Source: Octopus vulgaris
Lineage: Eukaryota
DNA length: 64,000 bases
Assembly (NCBI GenBank): GCA_951406725.2
Contig: OX597820.1
Coordinates: forward strand, 43,400,001 to 43,464,000
Reading direction: 5' to 3'
Both the position numbers and the translations under genes were made by a program. Positions 25,839 through 41,611 of the stretch are shown one piece after another (the stretch's first letter is position 1; each line of letters starts with the position of its first letter). The notes beneath the pieces were generated by a model. The model saw only the letters and a list, made by a program, of their open reading frames with translations, was not told where the DNA came from and searched no databases.

Positions 25839-26849
25839 CAATGTATGTATGTGCTTATGTAGATATGCGTGTCTGTTTATATGTGAGCACCTTTATATGT
25901 GTACTTTTGCAAGCTTACTGAAGTATCTAACATTTGCTAGATACTTTTTAGGAAGTCAACATCCAAATCATTTCTCTCTCTCTCTCTCTCTTTCTCTCTC
26001 CCTCTCTCTTTCTCTTTCTCTCTCTCTCTCTCTCAGTTCCTCTTTCTCCTTCCTTTTTGTTCTTCCACGTCTTTTTTTATTTCTTTTCTTTCTCCCCCCA
26101 CTTATTATTCTCTGATTTTCTTTTCGTTTTAATTCTCTAGCTTGTAACAATTAAGTTGTATATTTAAAATACATACGGAGAAGTACTATGTGCGTATATA
26201 TGTATCTGGATATCTATATATGCATTTGTATATATTTATGTTTTGCCTGAATTTATGTTTATATATATGTAAGCATGAACCAACCTTTGTATGCTTAGTG
26301 TATATATGTATATATAGGTTATTTGGCATATGCATATATTACTAAATGTGAATGTATTCTTATGAGGCTAGTCTTTTGTAAATGATTTTCTTTTAAACCG
26401 ACAACTCTTTTAATTTATTTAAATGTATTGTTACCATTAATTAATTTACCCTGGGTATAGAGGTTTTTTCCTTCTACTAAAACTAATTTTTGGTTTAAGG
26501 TTTTTATTATATGATTTGAAATCGTAATTGTAATCTCATTCAACCGGTTATGGAAAAGACCGTTAGTTGAAAGGACCAGTGAAACAAGACCATTTTCAAA
26601 TGTATCTATTAACAACGTAATTGTATATTTATGCATATAACTATATTTTGTTCCATCCTCAACCCAAACTGTCAGACGAATGGGAACGTGAATCTCTGAG
26701 TCTGTGATGTTTTGCAGCTTATTACTAAAGCATATTACTCCACCTCCGTGATTCCAGTAATATTTTTCCAACTTGTTTCAAATTTATGTGATTAATCTGG
26801 TATAAGTATCTACCTGTCTATCTATATATATATCTATCTATCTTTTTGT

Positions 26850-27040
26850 TTCTTTTTCTTCTTTTTTTTTCTTTTTTTTTTATTCTTTTCTTCCCTTTTA
26901 CGATCCCTCTTGATCGAAAACCTACGCCACCCCTTTTTTTTTGTTTCTTTTGTTTTTTGTTTTTTTCATCCCCCAAAAGAAAAGCTCTACCTTGTAACTT
27001 GTCCCATCTGTGTGCAGCCCTGTGTGGCCAATAAAGAAAC
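26850..27040 (+). mobile_element. Probable LINE 3' UTR/tail
   Basis: Pyrimidine-rich segment ending ccttgtaacttgtcccatctgtgtgcagccctgtgtggccAATAAAgaaac, then (TATC)n/(TA)n; homologous to the SINE A tail. Confidence 0.5.
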
Positions 27041-27051
27041 TTATCTATCTA

Positions 27052-27091
<40 letters not shown>

Positions 27092-27504
27092 TATATGAAG
27101 TTATGTAGCTTATGTGTTTTTATAGATGAAACTGAAAACCCTCAGTAGTAACCCTGGTGCACATGTTTCATATATAAAACTAATATTTATGGGTATATTA
27201 TGAGTATGCCACCAGTATATTATATGAATATAAATTTATTTGAGCTAGGAATATCGCAGTTGAAATAAACATTAACTTATCACAAAACTATCAACTACAT
27301 TTACTAAATTACTAGACACGACTATCACGTACACCAACTTCAATATTTATAATTGTAACATGATATATTTCTGTTATTTGGAAGAAAAAACACCTCAGCA
27401 CAAAAACAAGAACCAAAAGCCGCCTTCTTGCAGAAGCTATATTCCCGCCCCTTCTTGCTTCATCAATATTTATGTTCTTCTATAGACGTCATAACAGCGA
27501 GCAG

Positions 27505-28620
27505 CAGCATCACAATCATCGTTATTATAACTACCGTCGTCATCATAATCATCATCATCATCGTCATCATCGATATCATCATCGTCGTCGTCGTCATCAT
27601 CGTCGTCACTACTATCTTCGTCATCATATTAAAATCACCTGCACATATCAAGAACAGGTACCCTCCTCAGCAGCAACACCAGTATAACCTAAAGCCAAAA
27701 AAATTACACCACCAACGCCGTCGTCGTCCTCATCATCGTCATCATCAACCTCATCATCATCGTCGTCGTCTTCATTGTTGTCATCATCATCCTCATCATC
27801 ATCATCCTCATCATCATCATCGTCGCCGTCGTCGTCATAGTAGTAGTAGTAGTAGTAGTACAAGTAGTAGTAGTAGATGTGTTTCATCATTATCATAAGC
27901 GACATCTTTCTCCAACTCCTATCTCACATTATTATTAACAGCATCGTCGTCGTCGTCATCAGAATCATCGTCGTCGTCTTCATCATCATCATTATCATCA
28001 TCGTCATCGTCATCATTATCATCATTATTAGCGCTGTGACTATCGTTGGTATATTCCTATTTCTTTACTACCCACAAGGGGCTAAACACACGCACACACA
28101 CATATATATATATATATACATGGACAGACAAACGGATTAAGTCGATTACATCGACCCTAGTGCGTAACTGGTACTTATTTAATCGACCCGGAAAAGATGA
28201 AAGGCAAAGTCGACCTCGGCAGAACTTGAACTCAGAACGTAGCAGCAGACAGAATGCCGTTGAGCATTTCGCCCGGCGTGCTAACGTTTCTGCCAGCTCG
28301 CCGCCTTCGTTGGCATATTCCTTCTCCACCTCCAATTCTCTATCATCACTATCACTATCATTATCATCATAATCACCACCATCATCATCATCATTAGCAT
28401 CGTTATCTATCCATCATCTTTACCATTATCATCATCATCATCATCATCATCATCATCGTTATTCCCCAACATCGTCCATATACATAAGCAACCGGCATCC
28501 TTCATCGTACCGACAATACCATCAATCTTATTACCAACAACCCCACCACCACCACCAAAATATCCCCAACAATAACGTCATCATCGTCATCATCGTCATC
28601 GTTGTCGTCGTCGTCATCGA
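27505..28620. repeat. Degenerate (CAT)n/(CGT)n/(TAG)n microsatellite field, interrupted by a SINE
   Basis: Trinucleotide repeats producing spurious poly-H/I/D/S ORFs. Confidence 0.85.
28059..28306 (-). mobile_element. SINE family A with 16-bp TSD
   Basis: Full head to tail; TSD tcgttggtatattcct (28043-28058) / tcgttggcatattcct (28307-28322). Confidence 0.92.
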
Positions 28621-28888
28621 CATTATAAGATAAAGATATCAACATCTTTAAAAAATATTTCTTCTTCACTCCCCACTACTTAGCTCCCATTTCTACATAT
28701 ATTTGGAAACTTCCTACGATGTACAAAAAATACACCTGCTCCTGTAGTCGACATAAATCTTTCAAAATCTGTATTAATTCACACATACGCATACACACGA
28801 AGATAATTACGTACACACAACAACAGCCGCATACTCACTTCGCGTACATAAAATCGTATAAACATATTAGTATAGTTGTTTGTATAGG

Positions 28889-28953
<65 letters not shown>

Positions 28954-29057
28954 GTGTAAATATATACGTATATATTTATATTCATATGCATACGTATATA
29001 CGTATATATCTTTCATTCACCTTAGTCGCATTCCGTGAGTGTGCATGAATGTTTGGA

Positions 29058-29128
<71 letters not shown>

Positions 29129-29179
29129 GTATATATCATAAACATATTAATATTATATATATATATATATATATTCACA

Positions 29180-29245
<66 letters not shown>

Positions 29246-29451
29246 TAAACTAAATGTATCTCTATGGGTTTATGTATATCATAAAATATGTATATATACT
29301 CATAATGATACATGTATCTATCCGTGTGTATTTTCATACTTGCATATACATGGTGCTTGTGTATGTGTGTGTGTGTGCTTGTATGTATGTACGTACGTAC
29401 GTACGTACGTACGTTTGTATGTATATATGCGCATACAAACACTCATGTTCA

Positions 29452-29491
<40 letters not shown>

Positions 29492-29927
29492 AACACTCAC
29501 ACACACAATACAAATATTGACAGACACAAAAACACAGGCATATATACACACACACACACATACACGTTCTTTTTGCTTGTGAACTTATTTCTTTATATAT
29601 TGATTTAAAGAGTTAATATGACAAAAGAGAACCTATATACATATATGCAGGTGAAATATTTATTCTCGTTAGTTCAGCTATTTCAGAAAAGCTTGCAGAA
29701 TTTTTCCAACTAAAACGCTTACGTACGTAACTGCGTGTGCGAATATGTTTGTGTGTCCGATTTGTAATTTTATGTGCGTCGTTCAGAATATAATATAATT
29801 CAGTTCAAATTTTAGTAAAATTACTGCTTATGCATGAACACACACAGACACACACACAAGCACATACGTATTACATTATACAGCATTTCTATACACATAT
29901 CATGAATGCATACATATGTGCATATAC

Positions 29928-29984
<57 letters not shown>

Positions 29985-30017
29985 TGTGTATACATGTATG
30001 TGTGTATCTATGGATGA

Positions 30018-30091
<74 letters not shown>

Positions 30092-31256
30092 CCGTACATT
30101 ATGATGTCAAATATGTGATATACGTAGTTGGAAACCATTAACTAAGTTTATTCATGCACTCTGGGCCAAAATATTCTGCCCTTTATATTAAGATTAATGA
30201 TACAATGAACACCAAACTAACTTATTTTCCCTCTGGCTAAGCCCCAAAGTATTTCTTAAACCAATCTGTTATCTAAGTTCTCAGAATACATCAAAATGGT
30301 CACATTATGAGGAGAGGCTGAAATCTTCTGCTTAAGGGTATCGCGAAGGTCTTGGTTCAAGTCCTAACCTTCTGAGTTCTTTTTATGTGGCTTAAAAATA
30401 ATGAAGGATTGCTTTGTGTGAATCTGAATGGGGAATATGTTGAATAAATCATAATTAACTGATTCTCCTGTATTTTCATTTACCCAAAGTCGGGGACTTT
30501 TCAACACCTTCTCGTATATTTCCACTCGCATTTTTTAGTATACAACCATCATGTTTTCGGTAAACAACTGATACCTCAAGCGTTAAACCCAGAAACATTA
30601 TATATCACTCTTTACATCTGCACAAACTATGAAGAGTTTTCTCTTTTAACTATGTTGCAATGATTTGAGAAGATGATATTGAGATGAAGCACCTCTTATA
30701 TATTTTGTGTCAGAATCTTTTTCTGTATGACTTGAACATATGGGATCTCGCCTTATGATTTATCCAAAGATGTGCGATCTTTCTGCAAAGTTTTGTGCAA
30801 TATTTCCAGTTGGTGATATTTCGCCGTGGAACTGTTTTTCTTAGATATCTTCGATATCACAGTGTATACTTCGTGCAAATAAACACTGAAGTATGTAGAT
30901 ATTAGCAGGTCTAAAGTATCCTTTTGTTATATATATGAGAGGAAGAGTTTGCACATCAAATGATGGTATTACAGGAATCAAAGATGTCTGTTATGCTAAG
31001 CAAGGATCGTAATTTAGAACTGACGTGCAAAGCAACGTATTAAGGATTTATAGGTGGTACATAGAATTTAGATGGATAATTTGTGAAGAATTTGTTAGAT
31101 GTTAGAAATTATGAAGTAATGAATTATATTTTGTCAGGTTTTGTATATATATATATATATATATATATACATAGGCAAAATTAATAAAGGTCACGTAAAT
31201 AGAGGAGTGTGATGACTGGCAGCGCTTATGCTATAATAAGAGTTAAATTACACACA

Positions 31257-31339
<83 letters not shown>

Positions 31340-31391
31340 TGGTATTTGAGTACTCTTTTTCCACCTTGTTTCACATTTATGTGTTTACTCC

Positions 31392-31438
<47 letters not shown>

Positions 31439-31441
<3 letters not shown>

Positions 31442-32020
31442 TCGTAGATACCACACGCTAAAGAGGGACCAATGCGGTCAAAACTACTAAAATAAACAAA
31501 ATTTTACCGAATGCAAAACTTCAAAGCAAATCATTTAAAAAAAGAATTTAGTTACATATCACCTGTGATTTCGCAATTAGTGCAGAATATGCATTCTATG
31601 TTCATCAGTGCAACAAACTCAAGATATATAAGAAAAAAACATAACGTTACAAGCTCGATAGCCAACCGTAGAATTCGTCATAGCATGTACGAATGTTTAT
31701 CTTTACATATCTATGAAAATGGCGGGCTTATTCGCAATGCATTTTCATAGTGTGAAAAACCTCGTAAGAGAAAAAATCCGTAAATTTTTCCACTTTGAAA
31801 ATATTTATTTATATTATATTTTTTATATTATATTTTTTTAATGATTTGCTTTGAAGTTTTGCATTCGGTAAAATTTTGTTTATTTTAGTAGTTTTGACCG
31901 CATTGGTCCCTCTTTAGCGTGTGGTATCTACGAATAGTAGTACCCTCTATATAATATAAATAAATATTTTCAAAGTGGAAAAATTTACGGATTTTTTCTC
32001 TTACGAGGTTTTTCACGCTA
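31439..32020 (-). mobile_element. Hammerhead-containing permuted-repeat element with inverted copy (Penelope pLTR/retrozyme-like)
   Basis: Unit A(31439-31540)-B-C(31748-31818) is followed by rc(A) at 31833-31936, a gtagtaccctc linker, and rc(C) at 31948-32020; bounded by (TA)n. Confidence 0.7.
31551..31614 (-). ncRNA. Type I hammerhead ribozyme
   Basis: Minus strand: GTTGCA-CTGATGA-aCA TAG aa TGCA tattc TGCA CTA at TGc-GAAA-TCAC ag GTGA-TA-TGTAAC. All three stems, intact core, AUA site. Confidence 0.8.
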
Positions 32021-32061
32021 ACTACTGATAATTTCTTTTAAAGATTTTATCCTCAATTGTT

Positions 32062-32123
<62 letters not shown>

Positions 32124-34751
32124 GTGTTTATATGAGGGAGGGAGCGAGGGAGAGAAAGAGCATATGTTTCTATGTAAATGTGCTGCATATATCAAATCCA
32201 GTACATGACTGTAAATTTTCTTGTCCTCATTTTCGTTCTGATTCTGATTTCAGTCAGTCTGAGTTTTCGTGATTAAATCCCTGCAATAGACTTCTTTCGC
32301 ATTTAAGCTAATTTGCTATTAATTTTATAAAACTGTCAACTATTAGAATCTCTACATTGTTAGCAAACTGTACAAGTAATTACTGCTATTAAACCACATT
32401 CATTTGCAGAGAATGGTGTATTGCATATCCATTGATGTACAGTAATATCCATACGACTGGTGCGTTAATACATCACACTTTTAGCAGTGAAGATTTTTTC
32501 CACAGATTTCACTGGTGATTATTATATCTAATACTAGTGGTATATTAACAGTATATTAGCCACATTTCAGATACCATCAAAGTACACCACAGACCATCGT
32601 TGTAGATAAGATTAAAGATGTGAAACTGAGATTTAGCATATTTTTGCCTTAAAAATACAGATACTTATATATAATTATAAGAGGCATCCAAGTCTAAATC
32701 TGGTGTGACGAAATGTAGGGTATGAGAAAGATGGGAGATTTGGTTAAAATATAGTACCTCACATGTTTAGCATGTTTCGGCGTCACAGAAGATATTTAGT
32801 TTACTCCCATCAGATTTACTTATTTCGTTTCCCAATTTACTTCCGACGGCAATCTACTCTGGCTACTGTTTTGGTAGCTGACCTTACATATAGAGAAAGT
32901 ATTAGTGTTTCCTTGGTAACGAACAAACATTTGAAATGTTCTCTCCCGCATTTTTTACATAGAAGTGTTTTGCAATGATACTGTGTCAATATTCCTTTTA
33001 ATTACAAGGTTATCCTAGTTTGTTTTCACCTTTGCTCATACAGACGTCGACCACACTGTACTAACATCTCTGTCAATACAGAAATCTCCAGTGGCTGACG
33101 TTATTAAGGTAATATTTCCGTTCACGATTATTGTGTGAAGAAAAGGAACCAGAAACCTGTACCACGCAATCACTAGTCCCACAATGGGTTATTTTAAATT
33201 CCCTTCCACACTATAGAATTATATCCCTAAACTACATCAAAAAACTCTTTTCAAATTAATACTACGTCCATTTCTCATTTACATTTGCTCTAGTCAGATT
33301 AACGAATTTCCTTGATCTGTGACATATTTATGACAAGATTTGTGCGATGTCGTACAAATAGCAGGATAGTATTAGTTCTTGCTCTTTACTGGTATACTCT
33401 CATATTTCTTTCATTTTTTCTGTCTTTATTTTTGAAATTTTAAAGAAACCTCAATATGAAGATTCTGGAAATACATTTATTTATTATCTCTCGCCGTACT
33501 GAGTACCATTAATGTTCTAATTTTGGTTATTTTATTCCTTATATAATGATATTGACTTAGTATTAATTTTCCTTCCCACATTTTATATATTTCAAATTGT
33601 TGATATCCTAACCTGAAGCCGAAAGTCGGCTCTCAATGGTCAGCTTCCACCATCATCACCAAAATCATGTTGATAAAAATTCTGCACTTAGCAAAGAATA
33701 AAGTAGCAAGTAAAAGTACCTGACATTAATGGAATACATTTTAACAAATTTACTTCTTTTCTCTTCCTCCAGACATTAATAAACAATTTTCAACGAAGAG
33801 AAAAATATAAAAAATGAATAATAATGATTAAATAGTTCAAGTATGTATTCAAGAGTGAATTTGAAAACAGGTCTTCATACGATAACATCCGAATGATAAT
33901 AGTCATGATAATGGTGATGATGATGAGGATGTGGGAGAGGAAGAGAATGAAAACATTGATATTGGTGGTGGTTGTATTCGTGATATTATTGGTGGTGATT
34001 TATTGTTTTGTCAGAGGGGCGTCTGATTAGAGATACATTAAAAGGACAGTTTACAAATATTATCAGTCATGGATTGCAAAACGTACAAATGTAACATGAT
34101 ATGAATAAAGCAGGCAAGGTCCAGCGAGGAATGGGAAACTTGCAGCAAGCTAAAGGGAGAGATCAGCAATTAATAGGTACATTTATAACTAAATAATATA
34201 ATTAAATAGATAATGAAATACAATAACATGTTAACAACAAATTAAGAAATAGAAAGGATCCCTAAACTTAAGGAGTTCCTCTCCATCGTGTGATTCTAGG
34301 CTCAGCATGGAAAGCCCTAGATATTCACAGAAACTCTCGGTTTTTACCATCTATCTATAGAAATACAGCATAGGCCAAATTCGCAATTCGATAATTTCGC
34401 CATTTTCACCTACATTACGTGAAATTTACCGACTGGTATCCCTTCGTTACTGACTTTTTACTTGCATTAGATGATGTTGATGTCACCAGAGGAAAAATGT
34501 TATCCTCAACAATTTTAAGTACGTTCAGCGAATGAATTCCTCTACTAAACACACCAGACATGAGAAGGTGATAGATTCTTCTCCCTAACGAAAATAAAGT
34601 GGTATTCAAACTTCGCAGTAGACTAGGTTGATAATCGAATGACTCACACTTACGATATTTGTCCGATGGAATCTTACACCTCGGGAATGCAAGACACTAA
34701 ACATTTGGGTGCCGGTTAGTTTCATCATTCTGCGTATGTCTTGGAAAATAG

Positions 34752-35045
34752 CATCAGCAACAACAGCAGCAGCAGCAGCAAGAGGAGGAGAAGAAGAAGA
34801 AGAAGAAGAAGAAGAAGAAGAAGAAGAAGAAGAAAAAGAAGAAGAAGAAAAGAAGAAGAAGAAGAATAAGAAGAAGAAGGAGGAGGAGGAGAAGGAGAAA
34901 GAGAAGAAGAAGAAAAGAAGAAGAAGGAGGAGGAGTAGGAGAAGAAGAAGAAGAAGAAGAAGAAGAAGAAGAAGAAGAAGAAGAAGAAGAAGAAGAAGAA
35001 GAAGAAGAAGAAGAAGAAAAAAAAATGATGATGATGATGATGATG
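34752..35045. repeat. (CAG)n/(GAA)n/(GAG)n/(GAT)n microsatellite
   Basis: Direct trinucleotide repeats. Confidence 0.95.
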
Positions 35046-35979
35046 TGATATCATGCTAAAGTACAGGAAGCATGTAAAATATGTCAATTAAATTTGAAAA
35101 ATAACAGCACCATCGGAGGAAAGATAAGAAATCGAAAAGTTGAAAAAAAGGGAGTAGGTAAAAAGTAGGACAATGAACACTAGGGAACTGGGAGGAAATT
35201 TACCATAAGGATTTTTAAAAAATGAAACGAAAATAATTTTTCTGTTGCGACATTTATACTGATGAGAATACTGGATTATAAGGCACATACACGCACGCAC
35301 ACACACACACAAGAAAAAAAAATGCATTACAACTCTAAGTGCTTTCAAAAATTTTATTTAATCAATCTCAATACTTGTTAGGTTGTGATAGATAATGATA
35401 TCGGTAGCCGACGGTAGAATTTTTATTACAATTTATTGAAGTCGTTTTTTTATAAGGTGGGATACGCTACGTAACTTATCTATGTCACGTTGTCTTCTCT
35501 ATTTACGATAGAAAAAAGTTGAAAAGTGCTGAACGTTTCTAGGGTTTTGGACATAATTGAATTAATATAAATTGTTTTCACTTATCGTTGTAGTAGATTT
35601 CACACCAATATAATTCTCAACTTACGTTAAGTGGGAAAATAACCACGGAAATGTCTTTTCTCTGATAAATCTTATTAGGAAAATGCCTCAGTCATCACAA
35701 AATAAGTTTTCTTTAAAAAAAGATAAGGGAAATGAAAAAAAAACAGTACGATCCCACAACTATAGAGGAAGGGTAAAAAGCTCAGTCTAGTATCGTGTTG
35801 TTAAGCTCCCATCAGAGATCGCTTAGGAAGAATTTAATGTCTTATTAAAGACTGCGGTATTGCTTGCTTAAAATAGCGATTTACAGTTAGAATATCGAGA
35901 TGCCATAACTTATTATAATTTTGTCAGGACAGAATACAGAATCTTTAGGAAAGGATATTAGTGATTTACATGAATCTTG

Positions 35980-36440
35980 CTCAGAGTGATGGACCCAGGT
36001 CTCATCCCTCGTGACTCTATTCTCCCCAAAAGCTTCGTATTCATCGTTGTAGCACTAGTAAATCTTGAGAGAGCTCCACATAATTGCGCTAACGTATTTC
36101 GATAAGCGCCCTACGCATCCATCTTGCAAAAACTTTACGGAAGTGAAGATTTTCTTGGATCATTTCGTATATATGACCCACTACCCATGTGCAGAAAACA
36201 TGCCATTTCATCGATAGTCACGCGTCGGTTTATTAGCACCATCTCTTGACCTTGATAAACTTTCACGTCAGTGGCGTTGGGAGGTGGGCGCCCTGCTCCG
36301 TCTTTGTGCTTCACATTTTTCCGGCCATCTTTAAACCTCTCGATCCACTCACACTCACCTCTACGTGATAGCACGCTTTTGCTCTATTGTTCAGTAAGAC
36401 TATGCTGATTTTCAACCACTGACATTCTTACAGACGAAAG
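35980..36440 (-). mobile_element. Mariner transposase N-terminal fragment
   Basis: EWIERFKDGRKNVKHKDGAGRP...NRRVTIDEMA (HTH region), then DETWVHH near 35985-36006. Confidence 0.75.
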
Positions 36441-36676
36441 AAATCAAATCATTAATCTGTTATATAAATATAAGATACAAGGATCAAGTTTTAGGAAGAA
36501 AATTACCTTCAAGCAATCCGTAGTAAATAAAAGAAAAACAACTTTCAGGGACAATAGTAACTTACTGAGACGAAAGGTTGTGGGCATTTTTTATCATCGA
36601 AGTACGCTAAATTTGAAAAAAAGTTCTTTTTATATTTCACAATAGGCAACCAGGGTTGCCGGGTATGCGAACAAGA

Positions 36677-36868
36677 GTACAAGAGTTAAGGAATGTCGTA
36701 CATAAGATCCGGGTTATATATGTTTCACAGCGAGCAAAACTTCGTAAGTGGTAAATATCCGAGCGTGGCCTGAAGAGTTAGCTGCGGTATACGCCACTTA
36801 TGAGGTTCCGCTCGCTATGAAACATATGTAGCCCGGATCTTATCTACTCCCTTCCTTAAATCTTGTAC
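36677..36868. repeat. Inverted repeat (~75-bp arms) containing a hammerhead-like motif
   Basis: gtacaagagttaaggaa...gatccgggttatatatgtttcacagcgagc...taagtgg (36677-36751) versus its reverse complement at 36794-36868. Confidence 0.8.
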
Positions 36869-36904
36869 ATACACATATGTATGTATGTATGTATGTATGT
36901 ATGT

Positions 36905-37245
36905 GCGGAGACGTAGAAATAATCGGACTGAATACTCGATCGCGCGGTTAAACCATTGGGAGTGAAGGATTCCTAGCCTTTGTTAGGGCATCCTTCTAGA
37001 AGAAGGTAACTAAGGAAACTGGGATAACTCCGACATAAAACCTGCGGCTCAGTGGTTACCGATAATGTTGACTTGTTCTTCTTTTCGGATTATGGCTGCT
37101 GTTGCTTAGTGAGTGGGATTGACTCAGTGCACAGCCTTTCCTCACTTTAAAAATAATCTTCTTGCACAGGTATTGCACGATAACAACATTGATTAAGCTT
37201 CGCGCAATGGCCATACTCGATAACGATGGGGCAGCCACCATATGT
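36905..37245 (+). mobile_element. GC-richer interspersed repeat, possibly RTE 5'UTR-derived
   Basis: tagggcatccttctagaagaaggtaact...aaacc resembles the ggcaacc.gtctaggagaagga..actct...aaacc motif of RTE 5'UTRs; weak. Confidence 0.3.
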
Positions 37246-38139
37246 ATATCGACAGATACGTAGATGGATAATGCTTTGAAATATCTGGACTCCGGGACAG
37301 TTGTGAAATAACTGATATAATAGAATGCACTACAACTTACGCTAGCTAGTAGCTAGACTGGTATTCTTCATAAAAAAACGTGTAATTTATTTACTTTATT
37401 CCAACAGCACATACATCGTTACTTATACTTATTAAGTTTGTTGAAAATAATTGTTGAAAGGTCAATTTTATATTTTAGTAATTTTTCCAACTTTTCAGAT
37501 TTATAATGCTTATATTATTTACATTGAATCTACATAGTTTGGTTCTTTGTTGTACATGCACAATTGCCTATATATATATACATGAAAGTGTATACAAATA
37601 CATGTACATAGATTGATAGGTACGCATAAATATGTACGTGTGTGTGTTTGTTTGTTAGTGCGCGTTTCTGCGTCACTGCGTGTATGTGTTTCTACGTGTT
37701 TATATATTTTTGTACAGTCACCCACTCACACACTCGTATTTATGTGTCATGTGGTTGAATATGTATACATATAAGCATACTAAAATGCAATTTATACACA
37801 CATACAGACACACACACGTACACACACACATATATATATATACATTGCATCTGTTTATGTATTTATATATCTACCTATATAAAGAGGGGTATATCTTTAG
37901 ATATAAATCCATGTAATGCACATGTATGCAGGCGAGTGCAGTTACTGTTACCAGTTAGTGACAATATAGTGTACGTGTGTATGTGTGTTAAGGTGCTTCC
38001 GTATGTGTAAAGGAGTGTGTGGGCGTGTGTGCATGTGCGTGTGAACGTGTGTGGGCGTGTGTGCATGTGCGTGTGAACGTGTGTGGGATGTGCATAATGG
38101 TGTGTGGTGTGGGTACTGAGTCGAACTCTATGTAGGTGT

Positions 38140-38174
<35 letters not shown>

Positions 38175-38942
38175 GCATACCTGCAAAATAAACGCATATA
38201 TACACTCACATACAAACGCGTGCATATACTTATGCATTGATAGCTTCGACTACCAATATAGATAGTGACTATATATGCTTATGTGCGTGCTTTTTTAACT
38301 TTTCTAGTTGTATACGAATACTTGTACGCGGTGTGCGTTTGGGTATGTTCTTTTATGTGCGTTGATGTTTTTATGTCTTTGTTTTGTTTTTATATCATTT
38401 ATCTGTGTGTACGTACATGTTTGTGCGCGCTTGCTTTTACATTTATTTAAAGCTTCAAAGTTCACTTAAATTCATGATAATATCAGTTTTGTTTATTTAC
38501 AATTTATAAAATATAATCATTATATATTTAGCTGCGAACATATTAAATGTCAAATATATATTCCATGTATGTTTTGAGAAATATATCAAAGCTTTATTTA
38601 TTTATTGAAAATATTTGCACAAATCGTTCACATTAAAAGACATCGCAGAATAACATAAAATATTACTATCTTTCAAACTCTGTGGTAATTCAATTTAGGA
38701 TTTATCGAAAATTTATAATTAACTTCACATCATACTTAAGCTGTTGTAATTTCATTCGCAAACGTCACCGAACGCGAAAATGCTATCGAGGAACATTTGA
38801 TGAAAAGGCGCAGTGAGATGATATCTAAAACGAAACAGATTTACACACACATCAGTAAAAATGTCTAGGTGTGTCTGTGGTAAGAATTTCGCTTATCAAC
38901 AACTATATAATTCAGAGTTCGGTCCCACTGCATAGTACCAAT

Positions 38943-41270
<2,328 letters not shown>

Positions 41271-41271
41271 C

Positions 41272-41598
41272 ATTGGCATCTCTGGAAAGTTACTACAATG
41301 TATCATCTCTGGAAAGTTACTACAATGGATCAATTGTTTCCTGACCGGCCAACACGTTGTAGTCAAAGGAGTAAAATCAGGCCCAGCCAATTTCAGTAGT
41401 GGTGTTCCACAAGGCACTATTTTCAGGCCTACTTCTTTTCATCATCTACATCAATGACATTACTGACATCATCAAGCACAGTAGCATGAGAATATTTGCA
41501 GATGATTCCAAGATCCAGAATCAATGAAGTGAGTGACCGGGCATGCCGTCCGTCAGATCTACAGGCTGAATATGCTGCTGAACGAGGACAAATTTGAA
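41272..41598 (+). mobile_element. CR1-like reverse transcriptase core fragment
   Basis: GISGKLLQWINCFLTG...SSGVPQGT/LLFIIYINDI...IFADDSKI...LLNEDKFE, with frameshifts; 24-bp duplication at 41277-41300/41304-41327. Confidence 0.85.
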
Positions 41599-41611
41599 AA
41601 TTCCTCAAACT

